A stretch of DNA of 48,634 nucleotides from a virus (IMGVR_UViG_3300045988_156243); one strand, 5' to 3'. Counted from the stretch's first letter, positions 36,408-44,905 are shown. A program made the numbers and translations. Notes: a model not told the origin generated them from the sequence alone.

Positions 36408-36964
36408 TTTTTAACCGCCATAACACAACAGGTTAAAGAAAACTGTTTAACTTATTGATACTAAAAGAGAAAAATGACGATCTTTTTACTCATAAAAAAT
36501 CACACAAACCAGCATAATTATATGATTTTATTAAGTTTTTATAAGTAAAAAGGATCTTGCGATAGTGTTTTGGTTAAAAGATTGGATGTATTTGCATGAT
36601 TTATAACGATTTTTATCAGAACAACATCACATTGGTTAAAGATCTGCGCGTATCTTGATGATCTAAAAGAAAATTTTCTACTTTCTTTTTACCAGCACAA
36701 ATACAGCAAAAAATCACGTTTTCCCGATATTTTTCAATGAGATGAGTAAATTTCTTTTACCGCAACTTTTAACCTAACTTTTTTCACGTTTAGCTAGCCG
36801 AACATCGGGGTTCGAATGACCCGCATCCAACGCTTTTGGCCAGAAGGACCCAATTCTCCCGGACGATGAAACGATGCTCGTGCTCCCCCACAGACAGCCA
36901 GCGAGCGACGCTACAGAACACAGTGAATACACCCTGCATAACAACACCATCAACCACACGATGA
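36408..36964. promoter_or_regulatory. ORF-free AT-rich region with GATC cluster upstream of the packaging operon (candidate late promoter and/or cos/pac)
   Basis: Five GATC sites within about 200 bp and direct repeats ttggttaaaagat / ttggttaaagatc; only short overlapping ORFs. Confidence 0.35.
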
Positions 36965-37684
36965 TTAACGAGAGAACGTCTTAGAAAGGATGTCATCAAT
37001 AGCCTTTGTGACTTCATCAGCAAACGCATCCTCACCAGCACGCAGCGCCACGCCATGCCAATCAAGACGCTGCGAATAGTTAGGTTGCTGGATGAACGTA
37101 AGGATCAACGTAGGACGCCGCCCAACGCGCTGCCAGACGCCTGGTTGAAGCGGGTTACTTGTACCAGGTCGAACAACAAAAAACTCCGTAGGCTTGCCCT
37201 GACGGCGATTTTGATGCGCATCTCGCTGAACTCTTAGGCCAGATAAGACCTGCTGTAATTGCCCCCGCGAAATATTCCCGTATTTGTCCAGCTTTGCGCC
37301 GGGACCAGGAGCAAGCTGCCAGCCGTTAGGCAAATATCCACCAGCCCTTAGCGCCCCTTCTGAGCGTTTGTACTGTCGTTGGCCACCTTCGATTTGCGGA
37401 GTCAACGTTACAGGGGCTGGCGTTCCTCCCCATTCACGAGCATACACAATGGCTGTAGGATCACTCTTCTTTGCGGCCAAAACGTAAGTAGAGTTCTGAA
37501 TCCACGGCGTGGGCCTGTCAAATACCCGATTAATTTCATTCTTAATCGCAGCCTGAGAAGCCTTTGCCGTTCTGGTTGCCGCAAGCGCCATTGCGAACGG
37601 CAATTCGCGTTCTTCAAGGCGCTGGAGTTGTCGTTGAATATCCTGAGAAGAAAAATCCATCTTTATCTCAATTCTGTCAGCCAC
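36965..37684 (-). CDS. Hypothetical protein (GTG start with aggagg RBS)
   Basis: 239 aa; between the ParB-methyltransferase gene and the AT-rich region. Confidence 0.45.
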   Translation of the reverse strand: MADRIEIKMDFSSQDIQRQLQRLEERELPFAMALAATRTAKASQAAIKNEINRVFDRPTPWIQNSTYVLAAKKSDPTAIVYAREWGGTPAPVTLTPQIEGGQRQYKRSEGALRAGGYLPNGWQLAPGPGAKLDKYGNISRGQLQQVLSGLRVQRDAHQNRRQGKPTEFFVVRPGTSNPLQPGVWQRVGRRPTLILTFIQQPNYSQRLDWHGVALRAGEDAFADEVTKAIDDILSKTFSR

Positions 37685-37700
37685 CAGCGCCTCCTACACA

Positions 37701-39074
37701 CTACTTAATCAACGGCCGGAAAGCCGCCAGCACATCATCAGATCGTCCGATTGTTGAACCACCAGGCAACGGCAACTCAAACTCAAAACGAACAGCTTTC
37801 TCCAGACTCGCCCAACTAAGGGAATCATCGTTAATGACGTGCAAATACCAGCTCTTACAGTTGAATATTGACCGCTTAATCCTGAAACCATGTACACAAC
37901 ACAACTGCTTCACTTCATCATCAGAGTGAAACTTCTGGTAAAACCAGTGCCCCTTCCGGTACAACGCGGTAAAACCGTTATGATCAATAAAATAAAGCCG
38001 GCTTTTGGAACTCGCCGCTTGTGTTTGCTTCAGGACTGTTTCCAGCTCTCCACGGCTACGACCAGAAAAGAATATTGACCCACCAGCTTTACACAGGCCT
38101 TTCAGAACCGTCAGAACGGACCATTCAGCCTCAACACTATCGACCGAGTTCAAAACGCTATCGCAAATCACGTAGTCGTAACGCCCTCGCGTTTTTAAGT
38201 CGTCCACCAGCGTATCAATCATCCGGTTTGTTGCGGTCCTATCCAGAGTGTTTCCAGCGCCCTTACGGCGGAAAAGCTCGAGATCATGCAGGTTATATCC
38301 CTTTGCCCTGAGCATTCGCGCGTAGTCTCCCTGCCCCGAACCAAAATCAATTCCTCTTGGAGTCTTGGCAATGATCGGGAGGATCAACGACTCATACAGG
38401 TTTGATTTCAGGCTGCCACCATTACGCAACCGCATAAGCTGCGCATACGTCTGGATGTATGTTGTTTTCTCCAGATGAGAATACTCAAATACACCATAAG
38501 TTTTATTCAGATAACTTTGGTATTTTTCCTTCTCAACATCAGGGATCACAAACACCGTTAGCGGTGTGCGCGTCATCTTCGCTGCTAATGCATACTGAGC
38601 ACAGTGAATAACCTCGCCAGACTGAGTAGCAACACAACCACCCCACGGACCATACTTGATAACCAGTTCCGCTATGTTCTTTCGAACATATGCCATTTTC
38701 GCGCGCATATTGCCTGAGATCTGGCTTGCCGATACCTGAACAAAACCATGCTTATCTTCCAGACCGGACACCCTGCAACGCTCATCTCCGCTATCAAAAT
38801 CCGTTCCGTTATGCAGTTGGTTAAACCGTACTTCGTCGTATACCGTCGTTTCACAGGGCAACACATACACCGCAGCACGCGTTATTCCCAACTTACGTAG
38901 CGCCTTCGTCCTTTGATGTCCCGCCACCAGCAAATCGCCGCGCACTATCAATGGCTTCACAAGCCCCAGTTCCCTGACGCTTTCCGCCAGCCTAGCAAGA
39001 TCATCCTCACCGATAAAACGCGGGTTATATTCCGCGCCGCGTAGGTGCGTTATGTCGTAATTGAGGTGAAGCAT
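37701..39074 (-). CDS. ParB N-domain fused to class I SAM-dependent methyltransferase
   Basis: About 457 aa from ATG at 39074; N-terminal ParB-like LIVRGDLLVAGHQRTKAL; C-terminal methyltransferase motifs IDFGSGQGDY and YDYVICDSVLNSV; no DPPY-type motif seen. Confidence 0.75.
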   Translation of the reverse strand: MLHLNYDITHLRGAEYNPRFIGEDDLARLAESVRELGLVKPLIVRGDLLVAGHQRTKALRKLGITRAAVYVLPCETTVYDEVRFNQLHNGTDFDSGDERCRVSGLEDKHGFVQVSASQISGNMRAKMAYVRKNIAELVIKYGPWGGCVATQSGEVIHCAQYALAAKMTRTPLTVFVIPDVEKEKYQSYLNKTYGVFEYSHLEKTTYIQTYAQLMRLRNGGSLKSNLYESLILPIIAKTPRGIDFGSGQGDYARMLRAKGYNLHDLELFRRKGAGNTLDRTATNRMIDTLVDDLKTRGRYDYVICDSVLNSVDSVEAEWSVLTVLKGLCKAGGSIFFSGRSRGELETVLKQTQAASSKSRLYFIDHNGFTALYRKGHWFYQKFHSDDEVKQLCCVHGFRIKRSIFNCKSWYLHVINDDSLSWASLEKAVRFEFELPLPGGSTIGRSDDVLAAFRPLIK

Positions 39075-39697
39075 CAGCACACCTCCCCAGCCAGCAATGC
39101 GGATACAAATCCGATATAGCTGCCATTATCATCAACATAACGAGACACCGCGCAGTCAAAACGATCCGCTTCCTCATCCGTTGCCGGGATTTTATGACCT
39201 CCAAATGACAGGTACTGAACTTTTACGCCTGATTTGGCCTCATCCTTCTCAAATGGGATATCCATACCCTCTGTGTCATCGTAGACCGCCGCACTCAATA
39301 AGTTATCCAGTTCGCGCTGAGTAAAACCAATTGAGTCCAGAGCAAAATCATCGGCCGCAAGATCTGCAAGCTCCGCGCTTAACAACTCTTCATCCCAACC
39401 AGCATTCAGCGGAATACGGTTGTCGGCCAGACGATATGCCTTCTTCTGATTCTCCGTTAGCCCAGCCAGAACAATGCAGGGAACATCATCCATCCCCAAC
39501 TGAGTGGCCGCAGCAATTCGACCATGACCAGCAATTACAACGTTGTTCTCGTCTATCAGGATCGGATTAGTCCATCCGTACTCCTGTATGCTGGCAACAA
39601 TCTGATCTACCTGCTCCACGGAGTGTGTGCGAGCGTTCTTTTCATAACCAATCAACACAGAAAGTGGTAAAGAAACCACATTAAGATGTTTTGTCAT
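39074..39697 (-). CDS. ParB N-terminal-domain (ParB-like nuclease) protein, paralogue 2
   Basis: 207 aa; WTNPILIDENNVVIAGHGRIAAA; clearly paralogous to 35817-36407. Confidence 0.8.
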   Translation of the reverse strand: MTKHLNVVSLPLSVLIGYEKNARTHSVEQVDQIVASIQEYGWTNPILIDENNVVIAGHGRIAAATQLGMDDVPCIVLAGLTENQKKAYRLADNRIPLNAGWDEELLSAELADLAADDFALDSIGFTQRELDNLLSAAVYDDTEGMDIPFEKDEAKSGVKVQYLSFGGHKIPATDEEADRFDCAVSRYVDDNGSYIGFVSALLAGEVC

Positions 39698-39938
39698 GCC
39701 GTTTATCCGCTAAAATCCCCTCGCTTGTGCAAGCAAGTGGGCCTCGGTTTGTATCCACGGCACCCTGTGGGTATGAATGACTGTCGTCAGGTCGCAACTG
39801 ACGGCGGTCGCCCACCTTCCAGTAATAAAAAAGCCACCAGCATTAACTCTACAGCGAGCTGGAGTTAATGAGGCAGCTTTGGTTTGCGCATTATCGCAGC
39901 CCCTGGTAAGCACAAGAGCTGCTGTAATGCTAAAAAAA

Positions 39939-39962
39939 CAAAACCACCCGCAGGTGGTTTTA
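39939..39962. terminator. Bidirectional intrinsic terminator
   Basis: Perfect hairpin aaaaccacc-cgca-ggtggtttt flanked by A and T runs. Confidence 0.6.
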
Positions 39963-39989
39963 TAAATAAATAGCAAACAGGTATCTGCA

Positions 39990-40397
39990 CTAATCAGATA
40001 AACCAAACTTCTTCTTTGCCAATGACTTGAGAAGTTCTACACCAACATCCTTCATAACAGCCAATGGCTCATTGCTAATTTCTTTTAGTCTAGCGAAAAC
40101 ATCTTTGCTCTCTAGTGCACAGGCAAAATCCTGTCCCTCTGTAGTCAATCTAATATCTACATCAACAGTCCTCATTCCTGCAAAAAAATTAACATAGCCA
40201 AGACGCAGAGGATCACGCGTTTCCATCTTCATATTGCTGATAAAACCTTGCTCAATCAATTGCATATAATGAAACATGCCCTTTTCTGAGGCTATATCAA
40301 ACCCCGCATCTCTTAGTTGATTTACTGTTATGAACGTGCTTTCTGAATCCAAAAACACAGTCAGCATCTTTTTTAGATAATCTAGATCGGTGCGCAT
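39990..40397 (-). CDS. Hypothetical protein
   Basis: 135 aa from ATG at 40397 with aaggagg RBS (ORF-track start is TTG at 40433). Confidence 0.45.
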   Translation of the reverse strand: MRTDLDYLKKMLTVFLDSESTFITVNQLRDAGFDIASEKGMFHYMQLIEQGFISNMKMETRDPLRLGYVNFFAGMRTVDVDIRLTTEGQDFACALESKDVFARLKEISNEPLAVMKDVGVELLKSLAKKKFGLSD

Positions 40398-40483
40398 TTT
40401 ACCCTCCTTAAATGGAACGCAAATGTTACACAACCTTTAAAAAAGACACATTGTTTTATTTATGCCTCATTTTAATCGACCAA

Positions 40484-40636
40484 TTACTGCCTAAATTTAT
40501 CAATCAATAATTGCTCCCGCTTACGCCGAAAAGCTCTCTGCGCCACTAAGATGCGCCACAGAACACCAGCGATAACCACCAGCGAGATACAAAAACACAC
40601 GGCCACAACCATCAGAAAAATGCCAACACCATTCAT
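40484..40636 (-). CDS. Small hydrophobic protein (50 aa), not in the supplied ORF track
   Basis: Hand translation MNGVGIFLMVVAVCFCISLVVIAGVLWRILVAQRAFRRKREQLLIDKFRQ; ATG overlaps the stop of the upstream gene (ATGA). Confidence 0.3.
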   Translation of the reverse strand: MNGVGIFLMVVAVCFCISLVVIAGVLWRILVAQRAFRRKREQLLIDKFRQ

Positions 40637-40845
40637 GAAACTATCCATTCTTCAATGAATATCTCCAGTAATGTCAAGAGATACGCCATCCCCAGCGCGG
40701 TTCCTACCGATATAGCTAAGACAAACCTCAAAGATAACGAGGTGTCTTTCGCTTTTCTCCAGACGTAAGCGCCAGCCAGAAATACCAACAAATCTCTTAT
40801 TGGAAGCGGAAACCAGAACAAATCACTCGGCATAAGCACGATCAT
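40633..40845 (-). CDS. Small membrane protein
   Basis: 70 aa with two hydrophobic segments. Confidence 0.35.
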   Translation of the reverse strand: MIVLMPSDLFWFPLPIRDLLVFLAGAYVWRKAKDTSLSLRFVLAISVGTALGMAYLLTLLEIFIEEWIVS

Positions 40846-41122
40846 CTTCCGCTGCTGATTTACACGCCGCAGTTACTGATATATTGATAACCGGTGCGCT
40901 AATCGTGATGGACGACTCTGTCGGTTGACGCGATATAACTGAACGATGGTTATCAATGAAGTCCACAATCTCATTCAGGCACTCTTTAGCTGCCTCATCG
41001 TGACTTTTTCCGTATGCTTCATGGAGGACTTTCATCCTCATCATTGCTCCGTCACATATAGTCGAAAGCGCGTAAAGCACATCACTAACCGCCATTTCTT
41101 TTTTGGTGCTTGTCGAAGGCAT
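40823..41122 (-). CDS. Hypothetical protein
   Basis: 99 aa, ATG start. Confidence 0.4.
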   Translation of the reverse strand: MPSTSTKKEMAVSDVLYALSTICDGAMMRMKVLHEAYGKSHDEAAKECLNEIVDFIDNHRSVISRQPTESSITISAPVINISVTAACKSAAEDDRAYAE

Positions 41123-41151
41123 CCCATGTTCTCCTTTGTCTGGATGTAAAA

Positions 41152-41176
41152 AAGCCCCGGCAATTGCCGAGGCTCG
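41152..41176 (-). terminator. Possible weak intrinsic terminator
   Basis: Palindrome cggcaattgccg preceded by an A-run (a U-run on the minus strand). Confidence 0.3.
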
Positions 41177-41196
41177 TTGTTCGTTATCGTTACGGT

Positions 41197-41397
41197 TTAA
41201 TGCTCGCGTCGTCCGGCGACAACTTCGGATTTGTATTTCAGGTCGCCCAGCAAGAATTGCAGTTTAAGCATCTTTGCCGCCGTGTAGTTCCCTGATTCCA
41301 CAACCTCTTTCATGAGGTCATAAACGGCCGCTACATCATCAGCCAGGAACTCTTTGCGTTGCTGCTCAGTCGCACGTTTGAAGGAAATACGCATCAC
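41197..41397 (-). CDS. Hypothetical small protein
   Basis: 66 aa (GTG at 41397 or ATG at 41394). Confidence 0.4.
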   Translation of the reverse strand: MMRISFKRATEQQRKEFLADDVAAVYDLMKEVVESGNYTAAKMLKLQFLLGDLKYKSEVVAGRREH

Positions 41398-41424
41398 TCA
41401 TCATCTCCTGCCGCACATACAACC

Positions 41425-41654
41425 TCACAAAAAAAAATCAGCAGAATGTTTCTCCTTGAACGAATGACGCTCAAAACCGCACTCAATATCAGGCGCAAAA
41501 ACATCCACCACATACGGTCTTTCAGAATGTTTGTTTTCCCAACGATAAACCGTAGTGACGTTGAAATGTTTTAACGCTTCACGGAACTCAACGCTGCCCG
41601 TCAGGTTTTTTGAGGTCAGGTATTGCAGGAGGTTTTTTACTACTTCACGGTCTT
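41425..41654 (-). CDS. Hypothetical protein driven by cassette copy B
   Basis: 76 aa from the conserved cassette ATG at 41654 (MKVQDREVVKNLL...); the ORF-track start at 41718 lies in the leader. Confidence 0.5.
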
Positions 41655-41770
41655 GTACTTTCATCAGATTTCTCCGGTTTAACCAGGGCGGGTATCGCTC
41701 GGTTTCGGGTATAACCATAGGAAATTTTTTCCCACCTGTAAAGCACTTTTTATATAAATATATAATTATA
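41655..41770 (-). promoter_or_regulatory. Conserved promoter-leader cassette, copy B
   Basis: Near-identical to copy A (9517-9628) and copy C; variant AT box tatataaatatataattatata. Confidence 0.55.
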
Positions 41771-41775
41771 TAATT

Positions 41776-42363
41776 CTATGCCACTTGCCAGAGAGCATCA
41801 TGCAACTGGATACCTCCATTGCACTGGTTGCCCCAGCCATGCCAACCATCAGGTAAATCACCGCGAGCAAACAGCTCAATACGAGGAACATCACCTAACA
41901 GCCTTACCAGCTTGTCACGAACCACATCAGGCTTCCGAGAATGCTCCAGACGAGGCGATGTAAACGACTGAATGATCCCCGCATCAAGGCGGGTCGGCAA
42001 TTTGCCTTTTACCGCAAACAAGCAATCTTCACTGTTTGCACGAGTCATATGCCCCATCCCCATCACCAGCTTATCTGGTTGTCGGCTACCACATTTGTTC
42101 CATGTGAAGCCCTTCATGGTCATAAGCCTGAATCCCCATGCTTTCACCACCAGCAACGCTTCTTCTGGCTGAGTCGGAACCCACCACATGGCCAACAAAC
42201 ACGATTCAGGATTAGCAAGCTGCCAGACAGGAATACGAGCAATATCCTCAGCTTTCATCGTTGGATACTTAAAACCAGCTCCACGATTCCCATCCTTACA
42301 CTTATCTTTGTATTCCCAGGGGGGATCTGCATAAATCAGATTAAACAATGCAATTGCCTCCAT
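41776..42363 (-). CDS. MT-A70-family N6-adenine DNA methyltransferase
   Basis: 195 aa; catalytic DPPW motif in IYADPPWEY near the N-terminus. Confidence 0.8.
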   Translation of the reverse strand: MEAIALFNLIYADPPWEYKDKCKDGNRGAGFKYPTMKAEDIARIPVWQLANPESCLLAMWWVPTQPEEALLVVKAWGFRLMTMKGFTWNKCGSRQPDKLVMGMGHMTRANSEDCLFAVKGKLPTRLDAGIIQSFTSPRLEHSRKPDVVRDKLVRLLGDVPRIELFARGDLPDGWHGWGNQCNGGIQLHDALWQVA

Positions 42364-42671
42364 GTTAGTTGTGCCTCCGGCGCTTATCTCCGGCAGTCAT
42401 AACGCTGGCCAGCTCTACAGCAGACACAACGAAAAGGGCACTAACCAGACTGATTAATGCCCTTGCCTGTTGTGTGCCGGATATCGCCCGACAACGCTGT
42501 TTTGGTAACACGGCTACAGTTCCGTGCCGCTCCAGCTTTTACCCCTTTGCGGATAACAGGCCCTGCCTGTACTCACTAACCAACGGCTTCCCGAAATGTG
42601 CACCAGGCACGCATAAAGATGAGCACGAAGAAGTAACTCCACCGCGCTTATCTTTATGTGTGAGAGTGAAT

Positions 42672-42747
42672 TGGTGGCCCCTACCGGATTTGAACCGATG
42701 ACCGTGCGATTATGAGTCGCCTGCTCTAACCACTAAGCTAAGGGGCC
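42672..42747 (-). tRNA. tRNA with CAU anticodon (Ile2-like or Met)
   Basis: 76 nt; 7-bp acceptor stem GGCCCCT/AGGGGCC, anticodon loop CUCAUAA, T-loop GGTTCAAATCC, encoded CCA; close to E. coli tRNA-Ile2 as I recall it. Confidence 0.85.
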
Positions 42748-42759
42748 ATATTTGATTTG

Positions 42760-42840
42760 TTTGTCTGGTGTGGCGCCGCGCACGAAAATCCCAGCCAATA
42801 AATTCAGGATTTTTGGGCGCGGCGGCATATCAGACAAACA
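42760..42840. repeat. Long imperfect inverted repeat upstream of the tRNA
   Basis: Arms gtttgtctggtgtggcgccgcgcacgaaaatcc and ggatttttgggcgcggcggcatatcagacaaac (about 28/33 complementary) with a 15-nt loop. Confidence 0.5.
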
Positions 42841-42916
42841 TGGTTGATGCGTGCGCTCATGAGAAAAGCGCATAGAATGTTGTAACTATATATTTATATA
42901 ATTATAGAAATATATA

Positions 42917-43126
42917 TTACTTGGGGCAGTTGATTTCCCATGCCCTGTTATGAGCCAGAATATCTTTCTTTGTCTGGCGGTCCATAACATCGATGTCGTG
43001 ATCAGTCAGGTAGATGGGCTTTACCCAATCACAGGCGGTATCAACCACCACCGGGACGCTTCCACGACTCCCGCAGCTCGCGATCAACATCGTCATCAGC
43101 CATATGGTTAACACTCTGCTGTACAT
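42917..43126 (-). CDS. Putative o-spanin (Rz1-like lipoprotein)
   Basis: 69 aa; lipobox-like LIASC; start embedded in the 3' end of the upstream i-spanin-like gene. Confidence 0.5.
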   Translation of the reverse strand: MYSRVLTIWLMTMLIASCGSRGSVPVVVDTACDWVKPIYLTDHDIDVMDRQTKKDILAHNRAWEINCPK

Positions 43127-43319
43127 TCCCCACCTCTTTTGTCACTTCTATACGCCGCTCCGCAGTGGCTTTTACGGCGGCTGCATTCTCATTAATGCGC
43201 TGCTTTTCAGCTTCATCTTCGGCCTTTTCTCGCCCCTTCATACGACCAAAACCAAATGCGCCGAATGCAACCAATATAATGGTGCCGATAAATGACAAAA
43301 CGGCTTTCAAACCAGTCAT
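43041..43319 (-). CDS. Putative i-spanin (Rz-like)
   Basis: 92 aa; N-terminal transmembrane helix then charged coiled-coil segment; directly downstream of the endolysin. Confidence 0.55.
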   Translation of the reverse strand: MTGLKAVLSFIGTIILVAFGAFGFGRMKGREKAEDEAEKQRINENAAAVKATAERRIEVTKEVGNVQQSVNHMADDDVDRELRESWKRPGGG

Positions 43320-43858
43320 ACCACCACTCGCTCTTTCATCCAGCCGTAGACAAACGACTCATTTGCTTCGCGTTTCTCCGCCAGGTCCAGATAACGGTCG
43401 CCCTGCGTACAGTTAAGGGCCGTCAGCATTACCCGTTCGCCGTCTTTTCCCCGATTCCCAAGATAAGCACGTAATGCCGCAATGGTGCGCGGGCCGATTC
43501 GCCCATCCACATCCATATCTGGATACAACTTCCCGCCACGGTTGAAAACATTCAGCCAACGTTGAAGCATCTTCGTAGCCACAGTCGGCCCCATGTTGAC
43601 GCCCGTATCGCACATCTCAGCCGCAATATCAGGGGAAAATTGCGCCACCTGGTCAAAACGAGGCCCATACCAATAATCACCTTCAAGAATCATCAGAGCC
43701 TGTTCTCGCGTCAGATCTCGCATATCGCCACGGTATCCGTGAGCACGGGCAGTATTCTGAGTGATGCCCCACATTGTTGGGCCTCCCTTGTCGTCAGGGT
43801 GATCAACATAACCGCCCTCTTTTCCAAGAATGCTGTTAAAAATCTCATCTTTGGTCAT
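43316..43858 (-). CDS. Endolysin (GH108-like muramidase with peptidoglycan-binding domain)
   Basis: 180 aa; N-terminus EGGYVDHPDDKGGPTMWGIT typical of GH108; flanked by holin and spanin genes. Confidence 0.8.
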   Translation of the reverse strand: MTKDEIFNSILGKEGGYVDHPDDKGGPTMWGITQNTARAHGYRGDMRDLTREQALMILEGDYWYGPRFDQVAQFSPDIAAEMCDTGVNMGPTVATKMLQRWLNVFNRGGKLYPDMDVDGRIGPRTIAALRAYLGNRGKDGERVMLTALNCTQGDRYLDLAEKREANESFVYGWMKERVVV

Positions 43859-44141
43859 GATTAAATCCTAATGCGTCAACTATCCGCGCCAGATTGCCCC
43901 TGAAATACAGAACAACGATGCAGATAATCAGATTTCCAATAACCACCAGCCAGTGGGATTCTTGATAAAGACCGAACACATAACGGAAGGGAACATTGGC
44001 GTATACAATGACGTAGATATAAGCCAGAAAGGAAACAAATGGACGATGCCTGGAGTCTTTCCGTCGATAAAGCATCAGCGCCATTACTATTACTGTGCAA
44101 AGCACCGCATTAATCAGTGCTGACGGGTCACTGCTTACCAT
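43845..44141 (-). CDS. Holin (three transmembrane segments)
   Basis: About 98 aa from ATG at 44141 (ORF-track start is TTG); hydrophobic helices; overlaps the endolysin start. Confidence 0.55.
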   Translation of the reverse strand: MVSSDPSALINAVLCTVIVMALMLYRRKDSRHRPFVSFLAYIYVIVYANVPFRYVFGLYQESHWLVVIGNLIICIVVLYFRGNLARIVDALGFNHDQR

Positions 44142-44523
44142 TTGAACCCCCTCCACGTAAGCGGGAAAGCATTCCAAAGATGCTACCGAGATCCTGGCTG
44201 TTTACGAACGTGAGGATTTTAATGGTCAATGCAGCCACAATAACCGCACCAAGCGCATCCAGAGGACGATCGTTGTAGCTGGTCCATTTGGCAAGAAATG
44301 AGCCAACTAACGGCGCTCCAATCACTCCAACAATGAACGATGTAAAGAAATAGCCAATCAGCTTGAGACGGCTAATATTCACCGCTGTAGCAACATAGAA
44401 AACAGCGCCAGCAAATGCCCCGAATACAACGCCGTAATCAATACCAGTTGCAATACCAAAAACGCTGGCACCCATCAGGCCACCAGCAGCAACGGCCGTA
44501 CCGGAAATTGGTTCTGCTGACAT
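44128..44523 (-). CDS. Holin-like multi-pass membrane protein
   Basis: 131 aa, Gly/Ala-rich transmembrane segments; first gene of the lysis cluster. Confidence 0.45.
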   Translation of the reverse strand: MSAEPISGTAVAAGGLMGASVFGIATGIDYGVVFGAFAGAVFYVATAVNISRLKLIGYFFTSFIVGVIGAPLVGSFLAKWTSYNDRPLDALGAVIVAALTIKILTFVNSQDLGSIFGMLSRLRGGGSNGKQ

Positions 44524-44535
44524 TGAAATCCTCGT

Positions 44536-44562
44536 TAAAAAAAAAGCCCCGCCGAAAAAGGC
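44536..44562 (-). terminator. Possible intrinsic terminator upstream of the lysis cluster
   Basis: Imperfect hairpin gccccgcc-gaaaaa-ggcagggc with a long U-run on the minus strand. Confidence 0.4.
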
Positions 44563-44713
44563 AGGGCTTCATAAAGCAACAAATTACGCGGTAATCGCTT
44601 AACGCAGTTTTACTACGTTAAATGAAACACTACACCCAGTTACCACCTAAAACAAGGTTTCCCCATAAAAAAACCTTCATATCGTGGTTAATCGATCAAT
44701 AAAAAAGCAATAT

Positions 44714-44905
44714 TCAACTTTTTACCAACTGAACATCCCGACCAGGACTTCCATAATATTCGCCGATATTCCACTGCTTAAGTTGAGTAATCTTCTCCAA
44801 CTTAACTCCCATAGAGTCCAGTTTCTGCCATGTTTTCGGTTGTATGTGCTTCATTACCCGCTCTGAATATCTGAATACTGCTCGTAGCCTCGCTAAATTG
44901 CTCAC
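44714..44905 (-). CDS. Hypothetical small protein
   Basis: 63 aa ORF (GTG start). Confidence 0.3.
   Translation of the reverse strand: MSNLARLRAVFRYSERVMKHIQPKTWQKLDSMGVKLEKITQLKQWNIGEYYGSPGRDVQLVKS

Noticed and set aside
36774-37065. Minus-strand ORFs 36774-36959 and 36790-37065
   Set aside because: Overlap each other and the start of the 239-aa gene; lie in the AT/GATC-rich region interpreted as regulatory.
41941-42701. Plus-strand ORFs 41941-42402 and 42369-42701
   Set aside because: The first is antisense to the MT-A70 methyltransferase; the second runs through the tRNA gene and its flanking spacer.
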